Below are positions 9,369 through 18,905 of a stretch of DNA of 64,000 nucleotides, piece by piece. The DNA comes from Candidatus Altimarinota bacterium (lineage in GTDB: Bacteria; Patescibacteriota; Gracilibacteria; UBA4473). The stretch is taken from the NCBI GenBank assembly GCA_965231215.1, contig OZ246423.1, positions 1,120,001 to 1,184,000 of the forward strand, read 5' to 3'. How positions within the stretch are numbered: position 1 is the first letter of the stretch; each line of letters begins with the position of its first letter. The position numbers were made by a program, and so were the translations under genes. Below the pieces are notes generated by a model. It was not told the DNA's origin. It did not search any database and was given only the letters and a program-made list of their open reading frames with translations.

Positions 9369-12300
9369 TTATTTTCTAACAGAAGGACTAATACTTTGAA
9401 GTTGTTTTATTGAAATAATTCTATTACCCTTATTTCTCTTCCATAAGTTATTCATTTGAACCTCTCCAATAACCCTAAACAGCTCATCAACATTGGCTTT
9501 TTCATGAAGATAGTGAAATGAAATTCTTATAGAATGATCTTTATCTCCTTTTTCTTTTGTTTCTCCAGGTATAACACTAGGAGAAAAGTGTTCTACCTGA
9601 TATCCTTTGCTTTTTAGTTCTGAAACCAGACTGTTACCACTAATCCCAGGAACAGAAATAGTCAATATTCCAATATAGTCAGAGCGTTTTTGGTCTGAGT
9701 TGGGGGTTGTAATATTCCAATTTAGGATAGAGGCAACTTTTGGCATTTCCTCAGGCGATATTGTTTCTAGATCGCCCTCTTTGGGCTTTATGGGAATTGA
9801 ATTTTGAATAATATCTGAAAAAGCTTTTTTATGGGTTTGTGCGACTTCTAACCCAATACTTTGAACTTTTTCTATAGCATAAGTAGTCAGTTCTTGCATG
9901 TGTTTTGCCCATTTACCACGCATAGACATATGTTCACTACTTTCGTCTTGGACATATCCTTTCCAGAAGTCAAAACGGCTTCTTAAATATCTCATAGCTA
10001 TAGCAGAGGCTACAAAGTTTTCCACAGGCCTGGTCCCAGCTGTCCCTTGAAGGCCTTCACTTTTGATAATAGGTTTTTTTCTTTCAGGTGAAGGTTGTTG
10101 GTAAGCAATACATCCACATCTACCTGCGCCCATAGCTTTTCCAAAACTAAACAGTATTACATCTGATTTGTAGCCAGACTCTGGATTGTCTCTTCCTACA
10201 CTTTGTGCAGCGTCTGTGATAGTTACAATGTTTTCTTCAGGTATGCCTTCTGCAGTAGCTTTTGCCTTAACTTTTTCAAAAAAACGGTTTAAATCATCTA
10301 AATGTTTTTTGGTTGATGTTTTTCTACTCATCGGAGCCGTTCCAAATCTAGTGTGGCAACTGAGGATTACAATATGTTTAGCTTCTGGATTAGCTTCATA
10401 ATTTGCTATTATTTGATTAGCAAAATTTGTAGCCATTTCTTCTACAGGTTTGGTATTTCCTTGTTTATCAGCTATATAAATGGCTTGTCCAGGTTCTGCT
10501 CCAGCCTTAGTAAAAGCGGCAATGACATCTTCATACTCTTGGTTGGAAAAGTATACATGTATAGGAACATTCGGATTTTCCGCACTATATCTTCCAGCAA
10601 AATCTCCAATAGCTGCACTAGCACTAACATACCATTCAGGATCATAATTACTGGCTTTAAAATGTTTTTGAAATTCCTTATTTATAAAAGTTAAAGCTCC
10701 ATCATAACCAAGATGCTTGATAGTAGCTCTTGCAGCCCTATGTAAAAAATCACGAGTCATCCCCAATTTAGCTGTAGTAAAATTCTTTGGCTCCCAATTA
10801 AGACTATTAGTTTCTATTGGGGGTATTACAGACTGATCGAGCATTGGCTTCTTTCTTTCTGGGAAAAAACAATATGGACCATTAAGAAGCATTTCTTCAG
10901 GTAAAACATCATAGGCCAATTGAGCTACCGCAATTCGGATTGTAGCCAATCCTTTCTTTTCAAGGGGGACATCTAGAGCAGGGTTTGTATCACTTAAAAC
11001 TTCAAATATAGATCGAGCCAAGATAGGGTTGGCACATTTTTCAGGCAGGCCTAATTGATATCTAATTAAGTCTGCTTTTTTTTTGTCATTTACATTTTCA
11101 GCTTTTCGTAAGTCTTCCGTTAACTTCTTTTTTCTTTCTGGGTAATCTTGCTGATATTTGGCCGCTTTGGTTCGTATGATTTTTAACATCATCAAAAATC
11201 TTTGTTGAGACTCATGAGAATGAACAATATTTTCTGGCTCTATAGTTCGTAAAAGGGCCTCATATCCAATGAAAGCCATTTCACTTCCTTCTGGAGTAAC
11301 AGGTTGAATAAGAGCTTTATTATCAGATAGTACACGCCTTAAGTCTCCTAAATTAGTCTTAGTGGGAGGACCTTTCTGTTGTGCTTGTTTATTTTTTGTT
11401 CGAGGTATAACGTCTAAAGGTTCAGCTACTGCATGTAAAGTATTAATTTTGGATTTGGTTTTCGGTGGTATATTATCTTCGGTTTCTCGAGTTATGTTCC
11501 TATTTAGATCTTGAATCTGAGAGACTAGTATTGGAAGGGGATGTTTATTGATCATTAAAAGTGCATTGGCCAAGAGTTCCCTAGGAATATCTCTAGTGAC
11601 CAACTTTGCAAGACCTGCTCCAGAACCAAACATGGATTCAGTGCTATCAGGCATAACCCATGGGTGGTTTTCTGGGTTTTCAGCCCAAATTTGTCTATGC
11701 ACTTCGTGTAAGTTAACTTTTGGGTCTACTACTAAATTTGGATGCCTTAATAAATCTCTCAAAAACCCCACCATTCTTTCTGTTTGTTTTGTAGGATCTT
11801 TAAATCCCCCAGAATTTAAAAGTCTATTGCACACGTCAGCATAAATACCTAAAAATTTAGCTAACTGAATTAAAAAATTAGGGTTGTATTCACACTGAAA
11901 TTGTAGGAGTTGAGTCATTCTACGAAGACTTTCTTCACCAGGTTTTCTTTTTGCTCCATTATGTGCATCATCTTTAAAGAGAAAAAATAGAAAATCTACA
12001 AGGTAGGTTAGATTCTCTTCCTCAAAGGTTGTTATTTTTCTGTGGATTGATTGTTTTATAGTATGTTTTAAGAGTGCCAATTGATTTTGTAAATTGAAAC
12101 TTTCATCTTGAATGAAAGCATTCTTTACTTTTCCTTGCCCAGAAGCAACTACTTCTTGTAAAAAATTTTCACCTTTAAATTCTGTGCTTTTCCTAGTCAT
12201 GACAAAGCTTGATGAGGTAAAAGCCAGAGCTGATTTTCTTGTGTGAGTTTCTACATCTTGAGGTTTTAAATCTATCTCAAATGGAGGCTGCGCTAGTTTT

Positions 12301-12530
12301 TGCCTTAGAGCTGGACCAAGCGGAAATTTTAATAATAAATCCCCAACCATTTTCTTAGTGGTATTTACTTGTGTAGAGAGGGGTCGTAAGTTATTTTCAA
12401 GCTCTAATAGGCTTAAAGCTATTACTTCTCCAATGGAGTCACCTATAACTTCAGATATAGCAGTACTAAAGTCGCTAACTGTTTTGGATAGATCTTCTAT
12501 AGCTTCTTGACTCAGTAGAGGTTCTCGCAT
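9369..12530 (-). CDS. Large protein with a C-terminal PLP-dependent class V aminotransferase-like domain
   Basis: ITDAAQSVG, SDVILFSFGKAMG, GTAGT, IRISFHYLH..NVDELF; N-terminal ~570 aa unrecognised. Confidence 0.7.
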   Translation of the reverse strand: MREPLLSQEAIEDLSKTVSDFSTAISEVIGDSIGEVIALSLLELENNLRPLSTQVNTTKKMVGDLLLKFPLGPALRQKLAQPPFEIDLKPQDVETHTRKSALAFTSSSFVMTRKSTEFKGENFLQEVVASGQGKVKNAFIQDESFNLQNQLALLKHTIKQSIHRKITTFEEENLTYLVDFLFFLFKDDAHNGAKRKPGEESLRRMTQLLQFQCEYNPNFLIQLAKFLGIYADVCNRLLNSGGFKDPTKQTERMVGFLRDLLRHPNLVVDPKVNLHEVHRQIWAENPENHPWVMPDSTESMFGSGAGLAKLVTRDIPRELLANALLMINKHPLPILVSQIQDLNRNITRETEDNIPPKTKSKINTLHAVAEPLDVIPRTKNKQAQQKGPPTKTNLGDLRRVLSDNKALIQPVTPEGSEMAFIGYEALLRTIEPENIVHSHESQQRFLMMLKIIRTKAAKYQQDYPERKKKLTEDLRKAENVNDKKKADLIRYQLGLPEKCANPILARSIFEVLSDTNPALDVPLEKKGLATIRIAVAQLAYDVLPEEMLLNGPYCFFPERKKPMLDQSVIPPIETNSLNWEPKNFTTAKLGMTRDFLHRAARATIKHLGYDGALTFINKEFQKHFKASNYDPEWYVSASAAIGDFAGRYSAENPNVPIHVYFSNQEYEDVIAAFTKAGAEPGQAIYIADKQGNTKPVEEMATNFANQIIANYEANPEAKHIVILSCHTRFGTAPMSRKTSTKKHLDDLNRFFEKVKAKATAEGIPEENIVTITDAAQSVGRDNPESGYKSDVILFSFGKAMGAGRCGCIAYQQPSPERKKPIIKSEGLQGTAGTRPVENFVASAIAMRYLRSRFDFWKGYVQDESSEHMSMRGKWAKHMQELTTYAIEKVQSIGLEVAQTHKKAFSDIIQNSIPIKPKEGDLETISPEEMPKVASILNWNITTPNSDQKRSDYIGILTISVPGISGNSLVSELKSKGYQVEHFSPSVIPGETKEKGDKDHSIRISFHYLHEKANVDELFRVIGEVQMNNLWKRNKGNRIISIKQLQSISPSVRK

Positions 12531-12602
12531 CAAAAATATTTATAAAACTTATAAAAAAAATGTCAACTATTATTTGGCATATAAAAAAGTACATTATTAC
12601 CG

Positions 12603-13052
12603 ATGAGAAGAGGACTCTACACTGTTTTAATGACTATTTTTTTGCTAGTAGTTTTTGACCAGTTGTCAAAATACCTTTCGCGCCTTTATTTAGTCGATGA
12701 ATCATGGCAAATATTCCCGTATTTTAAGCTTGAATTGGCGTATAACACGGGGATCGCGTTTTCACTCCCAGTACCACAAATATTGGTTCTGTTACTTACA
12801 GTAGTGATTGTTACGGTTCTCATATGGCAGATGTATAAAATGGCATTAAGTAAATACCTTTTATGGGCCTATATGTTGATTGTGGCTGGGGCAATAGGGA
12901 ACTTCATAGACAGAGTGCTTTTTGGCAAAGTAACCGACTTTATAGCGGTGTGGGATTTCCCAATCTTTAACCTAGCCGATACCTGGGTATCCCTAGGGGT
13001 AGTATGCTTTTTGTATGATGAATTTTTTGGTAAAAAAAAGCCGAACCTTTGA
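12603..13052 (+). CDS. lspA: Lipoprotein signal peptidase II
   Basis: DQLSK, NTGIAFS, GAIGNFIDR, VTDF, FNLAD. Confidence 0.96.
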   Translation: MRRGLYTVLMTIFLLVVFDQLSKYLSRLYLVDESWQIFPYFKLELAYNTGIAFSLPVPQILVLLLTVVIVTVLIWQMYKMALSKYLLWAYMLIVAGAIGNFIDRVLFGKVTDFIAVWDFPIFNLADTWVSLGVVCFLYDEFFGKKKPNL

Positions 13053-13062
13053 GTCCGACTTT
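13032..13062 (-). terminator. Intrinsic terminator of rpsT
   Basis: Minus strand AAAGTCGGAC-TCAAAG-GTTCGGCTTT followed by a T run. Confidence 0.7.
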
Positions 13063-13087
13063 CATAGGTTCAGATTAAAGACCTAAA

Positions 13088-13429
13088 TTATTTTTCAGCT
13101 TTTTCTTCCTTTTTGTCTTTGGCGCTAGCTTTTGGAGCGGTTTTTTTAGGAGCGACCGCTTTTTTAGCTGGCTTAGCCGCGAGCATTTTAGCCAGATTAG
13201 ATTTTTTTCGGGCGGCGTTTCGTTTATGTAGTAAGTTTTTCTTAGCGGCCATATCAATAGATTTTTGTACTTGTGGAAAGAGTTTTTCAGCTTCGGCTGT
13301 TTTTCCGTCTTCAATAAGCTTTGTATATTCTTTGATAAGTTCTTTGTATCGGTTTTTTGCAACCTGATTACGTTTAGTTCGTCGAGCCTCCACTCGCATT
13401 CGTTTCTGTGCAGATTTGATAATTGGCAT
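13088..13429 (-). CDS. rpsT: 30S ribosomal protein S20 with Lys/Ala-rich C-terminal extension
   Basis: MPIIKSAQKRMR...IDMAAKKNLLHKRNAARKKSNL. Confidence 0.96.
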   Translation of the reverse strand: MPIIKSAQKRMRVEARRTKRNQVAKNRYKELIKEYTKLIEDGKTAEAEKLFPQVQKSIDMAAKKNLLHKRNAARKKSNLAKMLAAKPAKKAVAPKKTAPKASAKDKKEEKAEK

Positions 13430-13517
13430 GTTTTTAGCGTTTGAGCTTAATTTAGATCGAGCCGAGAATAGGAAAAAGTAGGGCTCCGTCAAGTTTTGAT
13501 CTATAATTTTTTCATAA

Positions 13518-13778
13518 ATGTCAAAATTCAGAACAATTAATGTACATTGTAGCTGCGGGTGTTTATTGGCTCGCTACAACAAAGGAGGGAAGGGGAGACT
13601 GCGTAAAATGTATTTTGAACGAATTGATAAAGATTTATTAGGGATTTTTTTAAAAGAACCACCCCTGCCACTCAATACGGATGTGTTTTGTCCTGGTTGT
13701 GGTAAGCGTGTTGGAACAGTACAGATTATGTCTGGAAAATATGTGATAAAAATAAATCAGGGAGTAGTTCGGGAATAA
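13518..13778 (+). CDS. Small zinc-ribbon protein
   Basis: CSCGC and CPGCG pairs; TATAAT upstream and terminator downstream. Confidence 0.75.
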   Translation: MSKFRTINVHCSCGCLLARYNKGGKGRLRKMYFERIDKDLLGIFLKEPPLPLNTDVFCPGCGKRVGTVQIMSGKYVIKINQGVVRE

Positions 13779-13807
13779 AAAAAACCGCTGAAATTTCAGC
13801 GGTTTTT
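13777..13807. terminator. Bidirectional intrinsic terminator
   Basis: AAAAACCGCTGAAA/TTTCAGCGGTTTTT inverted repeat between convergent genes. Confidence 0.85.
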
Positions 13808-13827
13808 AAAATACACAGAGTAAAAAC

Positions 13828-14418
13828 CTATTTACTGGTCATAAATTTGTGAACCCACATAGCACAGACAGCCCCAATGATTGGGCCAGCAATATAAGCA
13901 ACAGAAAGAGATCCAAGACCAAAGGCTACAGCAGGGTTAAGAATTCCATTAGAAACTCCAGCCGCGGCTAAAATCCCAACCAGTAATGAACTTCCGACAA
14001 TAAGACCACTGGTGTTGTCGTTTCCATTTTTTACGGCAGTGGCGACCCCAAACCCAAGCATAAACGCGCCTAGGATTTCAGCTCCCATAACCATATAACT
14101 GTTTTCTGCTACAACCATGACTTCTTTTCCAAACATGGCGAGAGCGGCCATCATAGCGAGTAAAGCTCCCAGTACCTGAGAAACGATATACATAACCGCA
14201 TCAAGTGGAGAGATTTTTTGGAGTGTGGCGAGGGCGACGGTAATAGCCGGGTTAATGTGAGCGCCACTCACACCACCAACCATATAAACAAAAAGCCCAA
14301 CAGTAAGGGCCGCAGCTACAGGGGTGGCAACAGGAAGATCACCTAAAAGCGTGGCTGATACAACGAAGGTGAGAGCGAAGGTGGCAATAAGTTCCGCCAG
14401 ATATTTTTTTATTGGCAT
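13828..14418 (-). CDS. Aquaporin / MIP family channel
   Basis: AELIATF, SGAHINPAIT, LNPAVA (two NPA motifs). Confidence 0.95.
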   Translation of the reverse strand: MPIKKYLAELIATFALTFVVSATLLGDLPVATPVAAALTVGLFVYMVGGVSGAHINPAITVALATLQKISPLDAVMYIVSQVLGALLAMMAALAMFGKEVMVVAENSYMVMGAEILGAFMLGFGVATAVKNGNDNTSGLIVGSSLLVGILAAAGVSNGILNPAVAFGLGSLSVAYIAGPIIGAVCAMWVHKFMTSK

Positions 14419-14676
14419 GACAATAAGGGTTAAGTGTTGGGGTAATTCTAAGGTAGATTTTAAAAAACACCAAATTATCATGGCTCTATGGAAGGAGTGT
14501 GTAATTAAATTTAGCTATAACTTTATATTTTTTTGATTGTTCTTAGAAGAGTCAGAACTCCCCAGAAATAAAGGGAACGCCTTTAGCGATTATGAGTAGA
14601 AAGTCGCATAGATTCTAGATCAACGTCGCTAACTCTATACCGAGAGGAAGTTCCTCAAAGTTCGGTTTCACAACTT

Positions 14677-15279
14677 TCACAGGAGGGCTTGTAAATGGAA
14701 AGCCATCATCATTAATCCTACCGCAAATAGCCAGCCGCCTAAGGTTCTGATTATGACCCAATGCCACTCCTGTTTGATAAAATCTTTAAACAGTACCGAA
14801 TAACTAAGAAAAGCAAAAATTCCAACTATCGCTCCCAGATAAAAGACCATATTTAGAGCTATATCTTGGCTCTCAGAAACGGTATCTACACCAATTAAAA
14901 ATCCACACAAAGCGAGTGGAAGACTGAGAATTTGAAAAGAAATCGGTTTATGAAGTGCCACAAGCCCTCCCCAAAGCACTAGACACAAACTGAAAGCAAC
15001 CTCAAGCGCCAAAGACGGGAGCAACCACTGCCCTAAAAATCCTGTAAGTAAGGCCCCCAGAAAAGTGCCTAAAAAGTGTTCTGGTTTTTTTTGAGAAAAT
15101 AGAGTGAGCCACAACGCTATTAACAATAACAAATGTGGAACTGTCAGGAAAGGGTGAGCCCCCCCATTAAGCAGTGGTTGAGTATCTCCAAAAAAGTTAT
15201 GGGCTTGCACTCTTGCAGGCACAACTGCACATATCACGCAAAAAAAGAACAGCACTCGTTGAAGATTGGCTAAAGCCAT
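14677..15279 (-). CDS. HupE/UreJ-like membrane protein, divergent copy
   Basis: Signal ..VQAH then NGGAHPFLTVPHLL (degenerate HPxxGxDH); start uncertain. Confidence 0.7.
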   Translation of the reverse strand: MALANLQRVLFFFCVICAVVPARVQAHNFFGDTQPLLNGGAHPFLTVPHLLLLIALWLTLFSQKKPEHFLGTFLGALLTGFLGQWLLPSLALEVAFSLCLVLWGGLVALHKPISFQILSLPLALCGFLIGVDTVSESQDIALNMVFYLGAIVGIFAFLSYSVLFKDFIKQEWHWVIIRTLGGWLFAVGLMMMAFHLQALL

Positions 15280-15851
15280 CCCATGAAAAAAGCTAGACCA
15301 CAAAGAGCAATCACGCCTCCCATAGCTCTAACCAAGTAAATACCTTTCGGCAGTTTCTCGGCAAACCCTAGACCAATACCCGCTAAATGCAGCAAGCCAG
15401 TTCCTAAGACGAAGCCTACAGCATAGGCTAACGGATTAGCCGCTTCGGGTAGCTCAGTACCATGAGCATGTCCGTGGAAGAGCGCAAAGATTCCCACCAA
15501 CACCATAGCTGCCCAGAGTGGGGCTTTCCAAGCCAGTAAAATGACGAGCCCCAGCACAAGACCTGACAAAGCAATACCGGGCTCTACAAAAGGAATTGGC
15601 ACTCCTAGGATACCAAGAACTGCCCCGAGAGCCATTACCATCGGAAAGGTGATGGGTAATACCCAGATAGCAGGGCGTAACAAAATGGCTCCCCAAAGCC
15701 CAACCGCAACCATCGCCACTAAGTGATCCCAACCCATAATGGGGTGTTTAAAACCACTTACAAATCCGCCCATAACCCCCTCTCCACTATGAGCAAAAAC
15801 AAGACTTGGTAGTCCCAAGGCTAACAAAAGTAGAAGTAAATTTTGTTTCAT
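15270..15851 (-). CDS. HupE/UreJ family Ni/Co transporter
   Basis: GFKHPIMGWDHLVAMVAVGLW, FALFHGHAHGTELP. Confidence 0.93.
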   Translation of the reverse strand: MKQNLLLLLLALGLPSLVFAHSGEGVMGGFVSGFKHPIMGWDHLVAMVAVGLWGAILLRPAIWVLPITFPMVMALGAVLGILGVPIPFVEPGIALSGLVLGLVILLAWKAPLWAAMVLVGIFALFHGHAHGTELPEAANPLAYAVGFVLGTGLLHLAGIGLGFAEKLPKGIYLVRAMGGVIALCGLAFFMGWL

Positions 15852-15985
15852 TTTGAAGTAAATAAAAAATTACCATAAGTCTATTCAAGTTTTTGTTTTT
15901 GTAAAAATTTAGTAACTGGACGGGAGGTATTAAGTTTTCTAAATACTTTATGGTTAGTGACGCACTAGTAATTTTCGGCTTCTTT

Positions 15986-16010
15986 AAAAACCCCTGCTAT
16001 ACGAGGTTTT
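15986..16010 (-). terminator. Probable terminator downstream of tmRNA
   Basis: Minus strand AAAACCTCG-TATAG-CAGGGGTTTTT. Confidence 0.55.
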
Positions 16011-16035
16011 AGATGGTTTTTTTGAGTTTTAAATA

Positions 16036-16470
16036 TGGTGGAGATGGCGGGAGTCGAACCCGCGTCCAAAGTGGAAAATATGTACCTTCTACGCTTATAG
16101 TGTGTTTTAGTACGATTGAAGCTATGAACACACAAACTACTTCAAAAGGTTCAGTAAGATTTTCGAATCAAATAGCACTGAGAACTATCTGACCTACACC
16201 GCTAAATAAGATGCATTACTTCACGGTAAAGTAATGCATCACCTAGGAGCAAAAGGCTCAACTAGGGTTTACCTATGAGCTCAAATTAAGCTACACGAGC
16301 GTAAGCTGGCATAGTCATAGCATCTGCGAAAGATCGAAGTGCTTTGTGAGCTCGAGCAAATGGTTTAGCATTTGTCTTTGTACCATCGTGGATAACTGCT
16401 ACGTCGGTACCTCAAGCAGAAACGCCAATAGATATTTTGCGAATCACCTTGTCGAATCCGGGACATCCCC
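16036..16470 (-). ncRNA. ssrA: tmRNA (one-piece, 435 nt)
   Basis: 5' GGGGATGTCCCGGATTCGAC; 3' GGACGCGGGTTCGACTCCCGCCATCTCCACCA; tag ORF 16369-16286 AKPFARAHKALRSFADAMTMPAYARVA*. Confidence 0.95.
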
Positions 16471-16751
16471 TTGTAAGCGCGGGTGGAAACCAGTTTCCCC
16501 CGTGAGCCCCCTTCTAAAATATGTGTTTGTTTCAGTTAAGGAAACCACGAGACCTTAACTTCACTCACTGGGATTGAATATCAAAGAACAAAAGGAGGAT
16601 TTTTATTTTAGCGGAAAATTGAACGTTTGTCGAGCGGGTTTTGTTACAGAAGTTAGACTTTTATTTTTAGTTAAAAAAATATATTTTTCATTTGACAAGT
16701 TGACTAAAAGTTAGTAAACACTACAAAAGAGTTATACACCATAAAATAACC

Positions 16752-18134
16752 ATGAAAGTAGATTCAGGACATGATACAGTAGAAAGTCCTAGTGGATTGG
16801 GAGATAATCCTAAATTTACTAAACTAGATAGACTTGTATCTGATGATGACATACGGCAATTTGTTTTTGAAGGTATACAAGAAGTAGCTGAGGGTTGGGG
16901 GGTTTTAGATGCTCCATTTGATAATGTTATGGAACAAGTGAGAGAAAATAGAGAAGAAATTAAAAAGGCAGTTATTACTCTATTGGGAAACGCCTCACAG
17001 AATAGATTAAGAGAGGATAAACCTAAACATGATTCGGGGGTTTTTGATATGTTGAGCTTGTTGATTAGGGAAAGGTATTCTAAAAACGATATATCTAAGG
17101 CAGTTCTGGGGTTTGCGCACATTACCTCTACAGAGGCTAAAAAAGTCTTAGAAAAGCCTATTGATGGTCTCAATAAATGGCTTGGAGGTCTGGCAAATAT
17201 TGGTGACACCGAAAAAATGTGGCTTATAGAGAATTATGGAACTTCTGGTATTAGAATGTTTTTACCTAAAGGAGAGCAACTTTTTGGTATTGAACCTATT
17301 ACTTATCAAGACCTTTACGAAAGAGGTACGTATCGTTTTACAAGGGAGGCAGAAGCTACCCCGTTTTCAAAGAAATTTGTAGAAACTGCAACAGAATTCT
17401 CTGAATCAGAAGAACCATTCAAAGGAAAGCTTGTTTTGACTCTTGGTGGAGGACTTGGAGGAGATGAAGCGTACTTCTTAGAACAAGGGGCACGTGTTCA
17501 CAGTATTGATAAAAGTAAATCAGCTCGTAATGCTCAAAAAGCCAAGTTTGGAGAAACCAAAAAGGGATTCAGAGCTCTTTTGAAAAGTAACAAACCAGGT
17601 ATCCATATAGAAAATAAGAATACAGATATACTGACTGCATTAGCTGATCTAGCAGAGAGAATAGAAGCTGGAGATATTGAACCTTATGACTATATATATG
17701 CTCATTCAGTATTTCACCTTTTCTCTTATGAGGATTTTAAAACCTTAATAGAGCTATGTAAAAGAGTTCTAAAACCTGATGGACAACTTGGGTTTACTAT
17801 GAGAACCCCTAGCCCAAATGGGAAAGGAACACACTATGAAACGGGAGTGCCATTAAGAGTACGATCTGAAAGTTTAGTGCAGGCTACAGGTGATGTTATT
17901 GGAGCTTTTAATTACGACACAGATACGACTTCTTATTCAATAGATGCTGTCTTACATAATTTAGATGGAATTGATCGAAGATTTACTGACGGTGCTGGTA
18001 TTCAACAACTTTTAAGAGCTAATGGTTTTGATGTTTTGGTAAATGACCAATTACCAGTAAGCTCTTATAGCGTTAAGGGAACAGAACAAAGACAGCTTAG
18101 ATTTATATCTCAAAAGCTAGATGTAAGGCATTAA
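16752..18134 (+). CDS. Protein with C-terminal class I SAM-dependent methyltransferase domain
   Basis: LVLTLGGGLGGD, VHSIDKS, YDYIYAHSVFHLF, KRVLKPDG. Confidence 0.8.
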   Translation: MKVDSGHDTVESPSGLGDNPKFTKLDRLVSDDDIRQFVFEGIQEVAEGWGVLDAPFDNVMEQVRENREEIKKAVITLLGNASQNRLREDKPKHDSGVFDMLSLLIRERYSKNDISKAVLGFAHITSTEAKKVLEKPIDGLNKWLGGLANIGDTEKMWLIENYGTSGIRMFLPKGEQLFGIEPITYQDLYERGTYRFTREAEATPFSKKFVETATEFSESEEPFKGKLVLTLGGGLGGDEAYFLEQGARVHSIDKSKSARNAQKAKFGETKKGFRALLKSNKPGIHIENKNTDILTALADLAERIEAGDIEPYDYIYAHSVFHLFSYEDFKTLIELCKRVLKPDGQLGFTMRTPSPNGKGTHYETGVPLRVRSESLVQATGDVIGAFNYDTDTTSYSIDAVLHNLDGIDRRFTDGAGIQQLLRANGFDVLVNDQLPVSSYSVKGTEQRQLRFISQKLDVRH

Positions 18135-18142
18135 GAGCCATT

Positions 18143-18904
18143 TTAGCTTAGGTTGTCCCAGTGGTTTTTGAAAATAGTTCTGAGCATTTTTGCGAATGTT
18201 TCACCTTCTACACATATCCCAATTGGATGGTCTTCTTGGAAGGTAATGAAAGCTATTTTATTACCGTAGATTCGCACTTCGGCATCAATTTTTAGGTCTT
18301 TGGTTAGTTTTACTTGTCGATTACGTTCTTTGTCATGAGCATCTTCTTTTTCATATTCATTTTCAGGCTTTATAGCATAGGTTCTTATACCTTTTTCAAT
18401 ACGCTTTGTAATAAATTCCTTAGTATAATCGTCTCCAAAGGTTGAATAAATTTTAGCTAAATCTGTCCAAGAATAAAGATCTTCTCCAGTCTTGAGCATA
18501 TCTTCGTAAATCTCCTTGATTCCTTCTTCCCCTTCAAAGAAAAACACCTCGGGTTGCCATTGTTCTTCCTCAGTCACATCAAAAAAGTTGCTCATATCTT
18601 TCTCCGCTTTTTCGTAGAGAGTATCATGCTTATGTTTTTCTTCTTCTATCCATTCAAAGAACTTCTCTTTTTTACACGCTTCGTAGGTGTCTTCCTCCCC
18701 TCCACTAAGGATTACAAGGTCTTTTCGAGAAAGGTTGGCCAAGATGGCTTGCACAAGGTTAAAAGGGACAAGCGCTTCACGACTGATACGCTTTACTGAG
18801 GCCTTTTTAACTCTAAATAAATACAATAGGACTTTCACCTCTTGTCGGGTAAATCCTAACATACGAAGAGTTTGTTCTAGTTGAAGACTTTTATCTGGTG
18901 TCAT
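18143..18904 (-). CDS. TrmB-family HTH transcriptional regulator
   Basis: LRMLGFTRQEVKVLLYL wHTH; PEVFFFEGEEGIKEIYED; IYGNKIA; paralog of 8539-9339. Confidence 0.88.
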   Translation of the reverse strand: MTPDKSLQLEQTLRMLGFTRQEVKVLLYLFRVKKASVKRISREALVPFNLVQAILANLSRKDLVILSGGEEDTYEACKKEKFFEWIEEEKHKHDTLYEKAEKDMSNFFDVTEEEQWQPEVFFFEGEEGIKEIYEDMLKTGEDLYSWTDLAKIYSTFGDDYTKEFITKRIEKGIRTYAIKPENEYEKEDAHDKERNRQVKLTKDLKIDAEVRIYGNKIAFITFQEDHPIGICVEGETFAKMLRTIFKNHWDNLS

Positions 18905-18905
18905 C

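Noticed and set aside
16346-16558. 70-aa plus-strand ORF
   Set aside because: Antisense to tmRNA
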